The position numbers were made by a program, and so were the translations under genes. Shown here one piece after another: positions 46,001-55,048 of a DNA stretch of 64,000 bases. Below the pieces are notes generated by a model. The model did no database searches and was not told the DNA's origin. It saw only the letters and a program-made list of their open reading frames with translations. Position 1 is the first letter of the stretch, and the number at the start of each line of letters is the position of its first letter. The DNA is from Schmidtea nova. Its lineage: Eukaryota. Location of the stretch: assembly GCA_044892505.1 (NCBI GenBank), contig CM097883.1:290346001-290410000 (forward strand), given 5' to 3'.

Positions 46001-49000
46001 CAGAGAAAGATAAAGAACCAACCTGGAATATTGATAGTGAATTATTAAATGAGGATCAAAGGAAGCAGCTAGAAAAACTCCTGATAGAGTATAAGGATAT
46101 ATTTGCAGCATCCGATTTAGATCTAGGAACATGTGATGTCACGTTACATACGATACCATTAACCGACGAAACACCAATTGCATTAAGACCATACAAATTA
46201 GCAGAAGCACAGAAAGCAGTAGCGGAAGCAGAAGTGAAGAAAATGTTGGATGCAGAAGTAATCGAACCAAGTTGTTCACCCTGGCAATTTCCAGTAGTAA
46301 TGGTAAAGAAGAAAGACGGAACACAGAGATTCTGCATAGATTATCGAAGATTGAATACAGTGACAAAACGAGATACTTACCCATTACCAGACATCAACGA
46401 AATGCTACTAACATTACAGGGAGCAGCATATTTTACATCGCTAGATCTGAAAAGCGGATACTGGCAAATAAAAATGAAGGAAGAAGATAAAGAGAAAACT
46501 GCCTTTACCATCGGTAGAGACCTATATCAATTTCGAAAGATGCCCTTTGGATTAACAAACGCACCAGCATCATTTCAGAGATGCATGAATTTCGTCACCC
46601 ATGGAATAAAGCAGTGTATGGTCTACATCGACGATTTATTAATCTACTCTAGCACGTTTGAACAGCACATACAGGATATTCGAGATGTATTCGTTAGACT
46701 TAGACAATGGAAGTTAAAACTCAAGCCATCCAAGTGTGATTGGGCGAAAGAGAAAGTAACATTTTTAGGACATATAGTGTCAGCAAAAGGAAAAGAACCG
46801 GATCCTAGAAATATCGACAAAGTAAAGGAATGTCCAGTACCAAAAACAATAACCCAGATACAAGAATTTCTTGGACTATGTGGATATTATAGAAAGTTTA
46901 TAAAAGATTACGCCGGAATAGCAAAACCTATACAGGAACTAGTAAAGAAAGATGTATCCTTCATATGCGGAGACGAACAACAAACAGCTTTCGAGACATT
47001 AAGAGATAAACTGATAACCGCACCCATATTGGTACACCCAGACTTCAAGAAGCCATTCTTACTTGAAACAGACGCAAGCGGATATGCAGCAGGAGCAGTA
47101 TTAGGACAATACGACGATGAAGGAAAAGAACGCGTAATCGGATATTATAGCCGGACATTCAAAAAGCATGAGAAAAATTACTCAGTAACCGAGCGAGAAG
47201 CGTTAGCAATCATACTAGCAATTAAACACTTTAAATATTTATTATGGGGACACATCATCTGTATAACCACAGATCACCAACCGCTTGTGTGGTTAGGACA
47301 ACATAAGGAAACCTCCAGTAGATTAATGCGATGGGCAATGCAGCTACAGGAGTACTCACCAGACATAAAATTTAAATCAGGACGAGCGAATGCGAATGCA
47401 GACTGTATGTCCAGACTGACATTTCCGGAATTAACCGACCCGGATGTACAACGAATTTGTGTATTAATAGCAGAAGATTTAGATTTTAGTGAGTTAAAGA
47501 AAGATCAACAGGAAGACAGAGAGTTAGGACAGATCATAGAGTTCCTAACATCTCGAAATATGGAGGTATTCAAAGATAATAAAGAATTAAAGGAACATAT
47601 AGGAAAATATCAACATCGATATATAATAAATAAAGGATGGTTATTGATACAAGACGGTGAAAAGAGGCTGATGTGTTTACCGGAAAACAGAAGGAAAGAG
47701 ATAATGATCCAATACCACGATGGGAAATTAGGAGGTCATATGTCAGAGAAAAAGACAATAAATCGGATGAGACAGAAATATTATTGGCGAACAATGGAAG
47801 AAGATATAAAAGAATGGATTAAAAATTGCCTAACCTGCGCAACTAGAAAGGATAGTGGGAAGAAATGGAAGAACCCGCTACAACCAATGCCGATACCAGC
47901 AGAGCCAATGACAACTATAGCAATGGACGTAATAGGACCATTACCAGAAAGTTTAAACGGAAATATTTATATATTGGTAATAACGGATTATCTGACGAAA
48001 TTCCCGGAAGCATTTGCCATGCAAGATCAAAAAGCAAAAACCGTAGCAAAAATTTTGGTAGAAGAAATATGTTGCAGATACGGAACTCCAAAACAAATAC
48101 TCACAGACCAAGGAACTAATTTTATGAGCGAGCTATTGAACGAGGTAACAAACTATTTCAGAATAGCAAAATTGAGAACTTCACCATATCACCCGCAAAC
48201 GAATGGACAAACGGAGCGATTCAATGGTACATTGATCAGAATGTTATCAAATTACGTCAGCAGACATCAGACTGATTGGGACGAATATATAAAATTATGT
48301 TTAATGGCATACCGAATGTCGATACATGCAGCAACAAAACTAAGCCCATTTCAACTTATGTATGGAAGAGAATGCAACATGCCCATAGATTTAGAGTATC
48401 AACCACCATTATCGCAATATATGGAAGACGACGACTACATAACCAAATTCAAAGAAAGGATGCAGGAAATATGGAAAACGGCAGAACTCAACATTAAATT
48501 TTATCAGGAAAGTTATAAGGATTTACACGACCAGAAGAAAAATGTTAAAGCGAACGACCTAAAACCAGGAGATTGGGTGATAATAGAAACTCCCGAAATA
48601 ATACCAGGAACTGTTAAGAAACTCCAAAGACCTGGAAGAGGACCTTATGAAATTATATACAAAAAGGACAACAATGTCAAAGTTAAGCTAATAAATCGAC
48701 CGTTAATACGACCCATATATGTAAACACCTGCAGATGTAAGAAGGTGCCTAAAACGATAACTACAACACCAGAGAATCGAATAATAACCAGATCACAAAC
48801 AGCCAGGATAAATATGCTCAGAGCTAACGCAACTGAAGACGACAAAGCAGAAATAAGGCAAAAGGAAATCAGAAATAAAGAAATCATATTGAAGGCGAGA
48901 GAGATAATGGGAAGATGGCATGTTAGAGACGAAGCAGGCATATCAAGGGATATTAGACATATAATTAGCCGTTACGCACAAGGATTACCAACCGAACCAA

Positions 49001-52000
49001 TTATTTCTGAATTATTGGAAAAAATCCCTGAAATACTCTTATTGAAAGATGTAGGAGGACAACCAGCCTTACATAATGCGATAGAGTGTAAAAACATTGA
49101 AAGAGCAAAAGAATTCCTAAAAATCGCAAAAGAAACAAACCAAAACTTGGACGTAGGGAATCGGGAACAAGAAACTCCATTAATGACAGCCGCAATCCAC
49201 CAAGCAGATAAAGAAATGATAGAGCTATTGATAAAAGCCAATTTCAGTTGGACAGAACGAGATAGAGAAGACAAAACAGTCTTAAGTCACGTAATATGGA
49301 GTTCACACAAACTAATGCTGAAACATATAATCGCAAACGCCACATGGGAAATAGACGAATTAATAAAAGGAGACATTATCAAAGAAGCAATCAAAATTGG
49401 GAAATGCGACACGATCCGTAAGTTGATCAAATGGAAACGACCAGAAGAGGATACATGGGTCTTAGACATAAACGAAGTATACAGCGAAGGACAAAACGCG
49501 CTGTTAAGATATCTTCTGAAATTTACTTGTGATCAGAAGACATTACTAACTTTATTAGACAGAGGAAACATAAACATCACAAAAAATGAAGAAGAATACA
49601 AATTCGATAAAGAAAAGGAGGCCTTATTCAACAAGATTAGGAAATGGTGTGCGAAACCACTTGATAAGTTAATAACCTACAAAGACATAAACAATTTTAA
49701 CGAGAAATACCAGATGATAGTAAGTGAGTATGAGGAATTAGTTAAAATCTTAAACCATCCCGAAAAATGCAAACAGGTTTTAGAGAAAAAAGAAAGAGAA
49801 AGTAACAAGAAACTCACACCACTCTTTAAAGCAGAAGCACCATACCAAGCTAGACTAGATGCGATACAAGAAAAAGCAAAAGAACTGTTACCGGAATTCG
49901 AAAATAGTAAACATGCACTGGAAATACTCGGCGCATTAGTTGAAAAAGTACACGCATACGCAAAAGGAACATACAATGGTAACGACATAACAACTATAAA
50001 AAAGGAGATGCCAGTAACATTTTTACTACCAAAGGACGGAATAATGCCCATACATAGAGCTTTACGAAATGGCAAAGATAGAAAAGTAATGGAAATTGCA
50101 CGAATAATGCTAAACTGCGGAAGCAACATGAATATGGTAGACGAGAAAGGAGATACACTCATGATATTTGCAGCAAGGGCCAAAACGAAAACAAAAGTGT
50201 TGGAAGAACTATACAAAGCAGGTGCAGGACTTACAGGAAAAACAGATAAAGATAATTCAATTCTGGATGTAGCATTACTAACACATAATTGGGAAATGGT
50301 CAACTTCATTAAAACAATCTCAAATCAGGAAGAAATAGATTACCTAACTGATACGGTCAGGAAACCCAGTGTACTAACAATGATGCATAATGTCGAACTA
50401 ACAGAAGCAATACTTACGTGGATAAATCCGAATACTAACGAACCAGCATTCAGGATTAATGAGTTTACAGAACATAACCAAAATTGGTGCATAAGAAGTG
50501 CCTTAATAACGTATAAATGGCCAGAGATATTGAAGATGTTTATGGAAAGAAAGGATCTAAGGATCACAACCAGCCCGAAGGAAGAAAAGTACACAGGCAA
50601 ATGGAAAGAATTGATGAAGACATACATCAACAATTGGATCAAGGCCAAAAAGGAAATCTTAGAATATAAATCCACTAACAAAGTAATACCAGAACAGGTA
50701 GAAACACAAGAGTTTGAGGCAAGTAATCTAACGACATTAGCGTATGCGAAACTAATAGAAGAAATCAATGTCGAGGACGACATTTTCGACGAGCCAGGGG
50801 GAGATGACAATACAGATAGTGACGACGGTAACAACTCAGAAAATTCAAACGATCACGAACCACCCGATAAAGAGGAAAACGAGAGAAAAGACAAGAAACG
50901 AGACAAGGAAGAAAAGAAAAGTAAAGACGAAAAACAAAGAGATGAAGAGGGAGAACAAGGAAAAAACGACCAAGGAGATAAAAATGACACCCAAAGAACA
51001 GGTTATAAATCAACCATAAAACCATTCTTCAAACCAGAATTACTATTATTAACAGTGATTTTAACGTTAATTAACCCAAGTCAAGGAATGACATGTGAAG
51101 AAAGGGCAATAATACAAATAAAAAACGCGAAAGGAATCGAACGAGTATGTTGGTCAAAAAAGGACAAAATCACGGAACAAAATAGTCCGATGGATTGCAG
51201 AATCTCAAAACACGAGCAAGAGATCATAGAGATCAATGACCTAGATCTAAATACCTGGTACAAAATATGCACCATTAGAAAACAAAAGCATCCAAGATCA
51301 CACAACACAATCGCATGTGCAAAATACCAAACACCTAAAGCAGCCATGACAATACAACAGTCACCCAAAGGAGATTACATCCTCGGAAAATGTGGAAGAA
51401 CAGAGACACAGGGAACAGAAAACAAAAAACCCCAGGCAACAGATAAGCAAACAACACCAACCCTACGAATTACAATAGAGAGGCCTGAAGCAAGAGTTGC
51501 CACAAACGAAACCGAAAGAGTGTCCTACCAAATGGAAGTATTATGTTTAGCACTCATACTAATAATGATAAAACGATTAGAGGAAGGAATAGAAATTGAA
51601 ACTATGACAATAACAGAAGTAGAAGATACACAGAATACTAACATAAAATGTTGGGCGAGGAATAACGAGGAAATCGGCGTAAACGAAATAAGGAAAAGTC
51701 GAAAACTAACAACGAATAAAGTAATTAAAATATCCGAAGTAAAAGCAGATAAGACGTACAAACTATGCCTACTAGAAAAAGAAACGAACAAGAAAGGTAC
51801 CACAAAATGTAAAACATTTCAACCTGGAGAGGTAATAAAGTTCAGAAGGAGAACGAGGAAGAGAAATAAACAAATCAAGCGGAAAGTAAACATAACATTA
51901 GAAATAAAAGAGATAGAACCAAATGTGAAAGGAGTATGCTGGAGGAAGTACGAAAAAGAAGTAAATAAAAGAACGACACCACAATGTCGAACAAACACAG

Positions 52001-54474
52001 GAACAACGACGATTCAAATAAAAGGTTTAGAAAGTAAACAAACCTACGAAATATGTTTGGTAAAGAAAAATGATCAGATAACGGTAAACGACCTGGAATG
52101 CGGAATATATACAACTTCATCCGGAACAAGAACCAAAACGTTAACACGGAAAAATAAAAGGAAACAACAAAACAAAGGAAAACCGAAGTACACCACTACC
52201 TTTAAAAACAATAAACAACCAACAAACCAAGAAGTTACGACGAAACCCGAGAGAAAAACATCAGCAACTCTAACATTATGGAAAATAGAGAATAAAACAT
52301 TGGAAATATGTTGGATAATAGTACAGAAACATATAAGAAGACAATCAAGAGAGTGCAGAAAAACAAATAAAGAAATCAAGATCGAAAAACTACAATTTAA
52401 TAGTGAGTACGAAGTATGCGCAATAGAAATAATGGACGCACTAAGAAACCAACAAGAAAGATGCGAAACCTACTATACACCAGTAAACGCGACATCAAAA
52501 GGAATAACAAGGAAACTCGAATTCAGGGAACTAAGCCAAACGAATGAACAAATGGACGCAGAAAAAATAATAATCGACCCTCAAGCAAAATGGACACCTG
52601 AAGAAGTTATCAAAGAAGTCAAAAGAAAGCAAGAGGAACGAGAACAATTAATGAGAAAACTAAAGGGACAATACGGAATAATGTTCAACCAAAGCGAACC
52701 TATACAAACAGACGAGAATAAAGAAATTAAAGAACTAATCGGCTTAGGAATATTAACAGCAACCATACCAGTAATAATCGCGTTATCAGCTATATGGATA
52801 CGCAAGATAAGCCCAAGAAAATCAACAACCCAATGGCTAAATATAGATAATACAAGCCATGGAGTAGAAATACTAGAAGAAAAAGCACGAGAAGAACCAA
52901 ATAAGAAAGAAGCGAAAAGCGGAAAACTAGGAATAAACAACAAAGACAAGGAAATAAAAGAGATTAAAGGCGAAGAGAAAAAATATGAAAGGCGAACCAG
53001 AAGCCTACCGCAGAGTTCAAAATGGTTGGGTCTAACAATAATATTGACATTAATCAATAGGGAAGAAGCAACAAACCTACAAGCAGGGATAAAAATAGTA
53101 AATGTCCAGGAGGTCGAGAAAATATGCTGGAATAGAGAGGATGAACCAATTGGGAAAGATAACCCACTAAAATGCATAATCAGAAAATCCGACCAGGATA
53201 TAGTACGAATAGAAGGGATGGATAGAGGAATCATGCATCGAATATGCATAATAGGAAAGGAAAAGAAGTCGGGGCTACCTAAGACAGTCGTATGTCAAAA
53301 ATACGAAACGCCTGGACTCGAATGGTATAGAGTAAAACCAACAAAGAAAGAAATCAAAAACACCATAGATCAACCAGCAACTCAGATAAGAAACACAACG
53401 GATAAACCAGGAGAAGGAGAGAAAAGCACCAATAAAACGAGAGAAAGAATATCACCCCAACAGGAGTGCGTATGCATAGCATTAATACTAGCAATGTCCA
53501 AACGTATCGATAAAGGAATAATAATAGAACAAATGGCCATAACAATAAGGAAAACAAGTAGCAACAAACTATGCTGGGGAACATACAACGAACCAAGGAA
53601 GGAATACCAAGTTCAGACAAGCGACGAATCACGAACAAACAAGGAAATCGAAATACAAGAAATACAAATGAATGAAGAAGGAAGTATATGTATCTGGGAG
53701 AAAGGAATCCAAGAGGGAATAGAGCATTGCAAGACATTCCAAAAAGGAGAGATACTGAAATTCGATGAAGAAGAATTAACAAAGACAGAAAGAACTCTGA
53801 CATTAACAGGACTCGATCAGACAGTTAAAGGAATATGTTGGACAAAGCATAACCCAGAAGGGGAAGAAGACAACCTAACCCACTGTAAAGAAATAAAGAA
53901 TAAAGAAAAAGTCGAATTAAAGAAAATGGAAGTAAATAGGACATACGCGATATGTACCTTCACCAGAAAAGGTTCAGAAAAACCAGAATGCGGATTATAT
54001 CAGATCTCAGAGAAACTACAACAACAGATCGAACCAGGAAACGTGGAAAACCGAACAAAAGAAAATAACGTCAAACAACTACTAAACCGCCATTGGTCTA
54101 TACAAGAAGTAATGAACAAAGTTAAGAGTCAAATACAGAAAGAGAAGAAGCCAGAGGCTCAAACCCAAAATGGGATAAAAGCGAACCAGAATAAAAGAGA
54201 AACAAACAGTGGAAAACCAATAATAGGATTAATCAGTATAGGAATATTAATAGCATATGGAATACTGACGACAAGCATAATAGTATATTGGAGATACAGA
54301 AGGAGAAACAAAGCAACAGCCATACAATGGCCAGATATTAAAATTATGAAACAAAAAATAGAAATACCAGAAGAGATACAGCAAGAATTCCAAAGAAGAA
54401 CGAAAGGTAAAGAATTCTGGAAACAAATAGAAGATGAAGAACGATACGAGGAAAAGACGATAATGATGGTATAG
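42961..54474 (+). CDS. pol: Env-Pol-accessory polyprotein: chuvirus-like glycoprotein, PR, RT, RNase H, integrase, ankyrin repeats, FN3-like membrane modules
   Basis: Signal peptide from ATG 42961; TM ~44701-44775; DTG 45409; YIDD 46624; TDASG 47068; HX6H..CX2C 47716; D,D,E (AMDVIG, TDQGTNF, ERFNGTL); GPY; no stop in 11.5 kb; +1 frame relative to gag with overlap to 43007. Confidence 0.95.
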   Translation: MNLSSIIMMMLIWMISTDSATAFEVFDCDQMKLGEKYSLRGTEQCKDATPVELQKIKKEQWYHVYQEAELIKTMVNECKVQKTRFAFYCGRGHYSAIVMPGTEREPIVLQGEDCEALFKHGEVTTRDKIKIKGKPGMMMQQTYYVAGRITGGEGYCQGETYPMFGTLATNLVVMDTYIVELKSYEAFFEPTTGEMKTLSMCKIDRTMCQTGMSTLVYKPKVNECQLQLLQGAKFDEIQGKTFQEEDDDDKARAKHLKEALENKRQLKPDHREKRIEMRATPTVLITTNQDVGMRFIKGKATLKCSTTVYETNYPGIYVSKQEVPNAKPKIDTMDIKLHLYVNNKMDFLFHRGQASLQKVYYDLINNDCILNREILKTKLAVAITNPDSAMPLLPLREGHFGRVVGEAMYVYICEKTHASLAATTQLKPGTCTNELEIDYKGKVRYVQPVTRIINPPGFEPNPFNCSNAYGPLYQKPDGKWVMFPGRSEVIAPREFELMQLSKDRQFSDVDVSNNGIYSPKDLEAARQNILFPARREALLSNIVTITGGTDYREGPNYELLLSPAHFKKATENMMKAMWGRFLIFGQMMAGILGVILIIQIVRVIITQMLACFDIYKREKKVNWKMVVGFLPFLAKTMVLHGHSKDIHRIKRLLKILAKMKGTDEEVGRKFKKIMNDEQARQQLKRERKGLWERVKGYKTQNDSSDDDDDDDDYKGGQVYKNQAPRYIEKNPADAWKCYAPPPTMYQEPLQGEKNSTMQMMPMTNVYPMIPEDYKMRRCRSVDPQGDAHTIAVMSSNTGPVLTTTIEINGREIEAMIDTGANISAIDIKWIPQEQRREIERTNVHVIACSKEVVEVAGRWWVKIRHLNTEIDTYVAVIPALSVPCIIGTDLMPALFKEIVIDLGTMRLKDRTGQICAIEAKVTSSKQMIIPARKEKICYVKIDPTIQGDMIFEPSKRFEKRKALPMARGLVNINNNGEIPINVVNFDEEDKIIYENERLGKLTPMMDIELPIAGAEKDKEPTWNIDSELLNEDQRKQLEKLLIEYKDIFAASDLDLGTCDVTLHTIPLTDETPIALRPYKLAEAQKAVAEAEVKKMLDAEVIEPSCSPWQFPVVMVKKKDGTQRFCIDYRRLNTVTKRDTYPLPDINEMLLTLQGAAYFTSLDLKSGYWQIKMKEEDKEKTAFTIGRDLYQFRKMPFGLTNAPASFQRCMNFVTHGIKQCMVYIDDLLIYSSTFEQHIQDIRDVFVRLRQWKLKLKPSKCDWAKEKVTFLGHIVSAKGKEPDPRNIDKVKECPVPKTITQIQEFLGLCGYYRKFIKDYAGIAKPIQELVKKDVSFICGDEQQTAFETLRDKLITAPILVHPDFKKPFLLETDASGYAAGAVLGQYDDEGKERVIGYYSRTFKKHEKNYSVTEREALAIILAIKHFKYLLWGHIICITTDHQPLVWLGQHKETSSRLMRWAMQLQEYSPDIKFKSGRANANADCMSRLTFPELTDPDVQRICVLIAEDLDFSELKKDQQEDRELGQIIEFLTSRNMEVFKDNKELKEHIGKYQHRYIINKGWLLIQDGEKRLMCLPENRRKEIMIQYHDGKLGGHMSEKKTINRMRQKYYWRTMEEDIKEWIKNCLTCATRKDSGKKWKNPLQPMPIPAEPMTTIAMDVIGPLPESLNGNIYILVITDYLTKFPEAFAMQDQKAKTVAKILVEEICCRYGTPKQILTDQGTNFMSELLNEVTNYFRIAKLRTSPYHPQTNGQTERFNGTLIRMLSNYVSRHQTDWDEYIKLCLMAYRMSIHAATKLSPFQLMYGRECNMPIDLEYQPPLSQYMEDDDYITKFKERMQEIWKTAELNIKFYQESYKDLHDQKKNVKANDLKPGDWVIIETPEIIPGTVKKLQRPGRGPYEIIYKKDNNVKVKLINRPLIRPIYVNTCRCKKVPKTITTTPENRIITRSQTARINMLRANATEDDKAEIRQKEIRNKEIILKAREIMGRWHVRDEAGISRDIRHIISRYAQGLPTEPIISELLEKIPEILLLKDVGGQPALHNAIECKNIERAKEFLKIAKETNQNLDVGNREQETPLMTAAIHQADKEMIELLIKANFSWTERDREDKTVLSHVIWSSHKLMLKHIIANATWEIDELIKGDIIKEAIKIGKCDTIRKLIKWKRPEEDTWVLDINEVYSEGQNALLRYLLKFTCDQKTLLTLLDRGNINITKNEEEYKFDKEKEALFNKIRKWCAKPLDKLITYKDINNFNEKYQMIVSEYEELVKILNHPEKCKQVLEKKERESNKKLTPLFKAEAPYQARLDAIQEKAKELLPEFENSKHALEILGALVEKVHAYAKGTYNGNDITTIKKEMPVTFLLPKDGIMPIHRALRNGKDRKVMEIARIMLNCGSNMNMVDEKGDTLMIFAARAKTKTKVLEELYKAGAGLTGKTDKDNSILDVALLTHNWEMVNFIKTISNQEEIDYLTDTVRKPSVLTMMHNVELTEAILTWINPNTNEPAFRINEFTEHNQNWCIRSALITYKWPEILKMFMERKDLRITTSPKEEKYTGKWKELMKTYINNWIKAKKEILEYKSTNKVIPEQVETQEFEASNLTTLAYAKLIEEINVEDDIFDEPGGDDNTDSDDGNNSENSNDHEPPDKEENERKDKKRDKEEKKSKDEKQRDEEGEQGKNDQGDKNDTQRTGYKSTIKPFFKPELLLLTVILTLINPSQGMTCEERAIIQIKNAKGIERVCWSKKDKITEQNSPMDCRISKHEQEIIEINDLDLNTWYKICTIRKQKHPRSHNTIACAKYQTPKAAMTIQQSPKGDYILGKCGRTETQGTENKKPQATDKQTTPTLRITIERPEARVATNETERVSYQMEVLCLALILIMIKRLEEGIEIETMTITEVEDTQNTNIKCWARNNEEIGVNEIRKSRKLTTNKVIKISEVKADKTYKLCLLEKETNKKGTTKCKTFQPGEVIKFRRRTRKRNKQIKRKVNITLEIKEIEPNVKGVCWRKYEKEVNKRTTPQCRTNTGTTTIQIKGLESKQTYEICLVKKNDQITVNDLECGIYTTSSGTRTKTLTRKNKRKQQNKGKPKYTTTFKNNKQPTNQEVTTKPERKTSATLTLWKIENKTLEICWIIVQKHIRRQSRECRKTNKEIKIEKLQFNSEYEVCAIEIMDALRNQQERCETYYTPVNATSKGITRKLEFRELSQTNEQMDAEKIIIDPQAKWTPEEVIKEVKRKQEEREQLMRKLKGQYGIMFNQSEPIQTDENKEIKELIGLGILTATIPVIIALSAIWIRKISPRKSTTQWLNIDNTSHGVEILEEKAREEPNKKEAKSGKLGINNKDKEIKEIKGEEKKYERRTRSLPQSSKWLGLTIILTLINREEATNLQAGIKIVNVQEVEKICWNREDEPIGKDNPLKCIIRKSDQDIVRIEGMDRGIMHRICIIGKEKKSGLPKTVVCQKYETPGLEWYRVKPTKKEIKNTIDQPATQIRNTTDKPGEGEKSTNKTRERISPQQECVCIALILAMSKRIDKGIIIEQMAITIRKTSSNKLCWGTYNEPRKEYQVQTSDESRTNKEIEIQEIQMNEEGSICIWEKGIQEGIEHCKTFQKGEILKFDEEELTKTERTLTLTGLDQTVKGICWTKHNPEGEEDNLTHCKEIKNKEKVELKKMEVNRTYAICTFTRKGSEKPECGLYQISEKLQQQIEPGNVENRTKENNVKQLLNRHWSIQEVMNKVKSQIQKEKKPEAQTQNGIKANQNKRETNSGKPIIGLISIGILIAYGILTTSIIVYWRYRRRNKATAIQWPDIKIMKQKIEIPEEIQQEFQRRTKGKEFWKQIEDEERYEEKTIMMV

Positions 54475-54599
54475 GGGCGGATTATGACTGTAAATAATAG
54501 TGTAAATAACAAAGCATTACCGTAATAGTATGGGTATCGATATTATAAAAATTGTAAAAAGATAGAAAAGCAAAGTAAATGATGTATATAATTTAGAAA

Positions 54600-54956
54600 A
54601 TGACCGAACAGGACGAAACAACTGAAATAACTATGGCTATGAGATGGAAAGCGCAATGCGATTTATTAGTACGAACAGTCAACTCATTACAGAACCAACT
54701 AGCGGAAAAACAAATGTTGCTATCAGAAAGTTACAACAACTGTTTCGAACAATTACACAGAATAGAGGAACAACAAAGAGCGATAACTGAACTCACCAGA
54801 GAAAATCAAACAATAAGCAACACCAACCAAAGACAAGCAATAGAAATAAACCATTTAACACGAGGAGAAAGAGAAGGATCCGAAGAAGGATGGATGAGTT
54901 GGGTAATAAATAGATTAAACAACGAAGCGGAACCAGATTCAACGAATGAGCCATAG
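54600..54956 (+). CDS. 118-aa coiled-coil accessory protein
   Basis: Heptad-rich Q/E/L sequence; TAG-AAA-ATG start context shared with neighbours. Confidence 0.7.
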   Translation: MTEQDETTEITMAMRWKAQCDLLVRTVNSLQNQLAEKQMLLSESYNNCFEQLHRIEEQQRAITELTRENQTISNTNQRQAIEINHLTRGEREGSEEGWMSWVINRLNNEAEPDSTNEP

Positions 54957-55048
54957 ATAAATAAAGCGGAAAACTGTAAATATGTAAAAATAAAAACAAG
55001 AAAAATCAAAAATAAATGACAAGTCGAATGTATATATTATTGTAGAAA

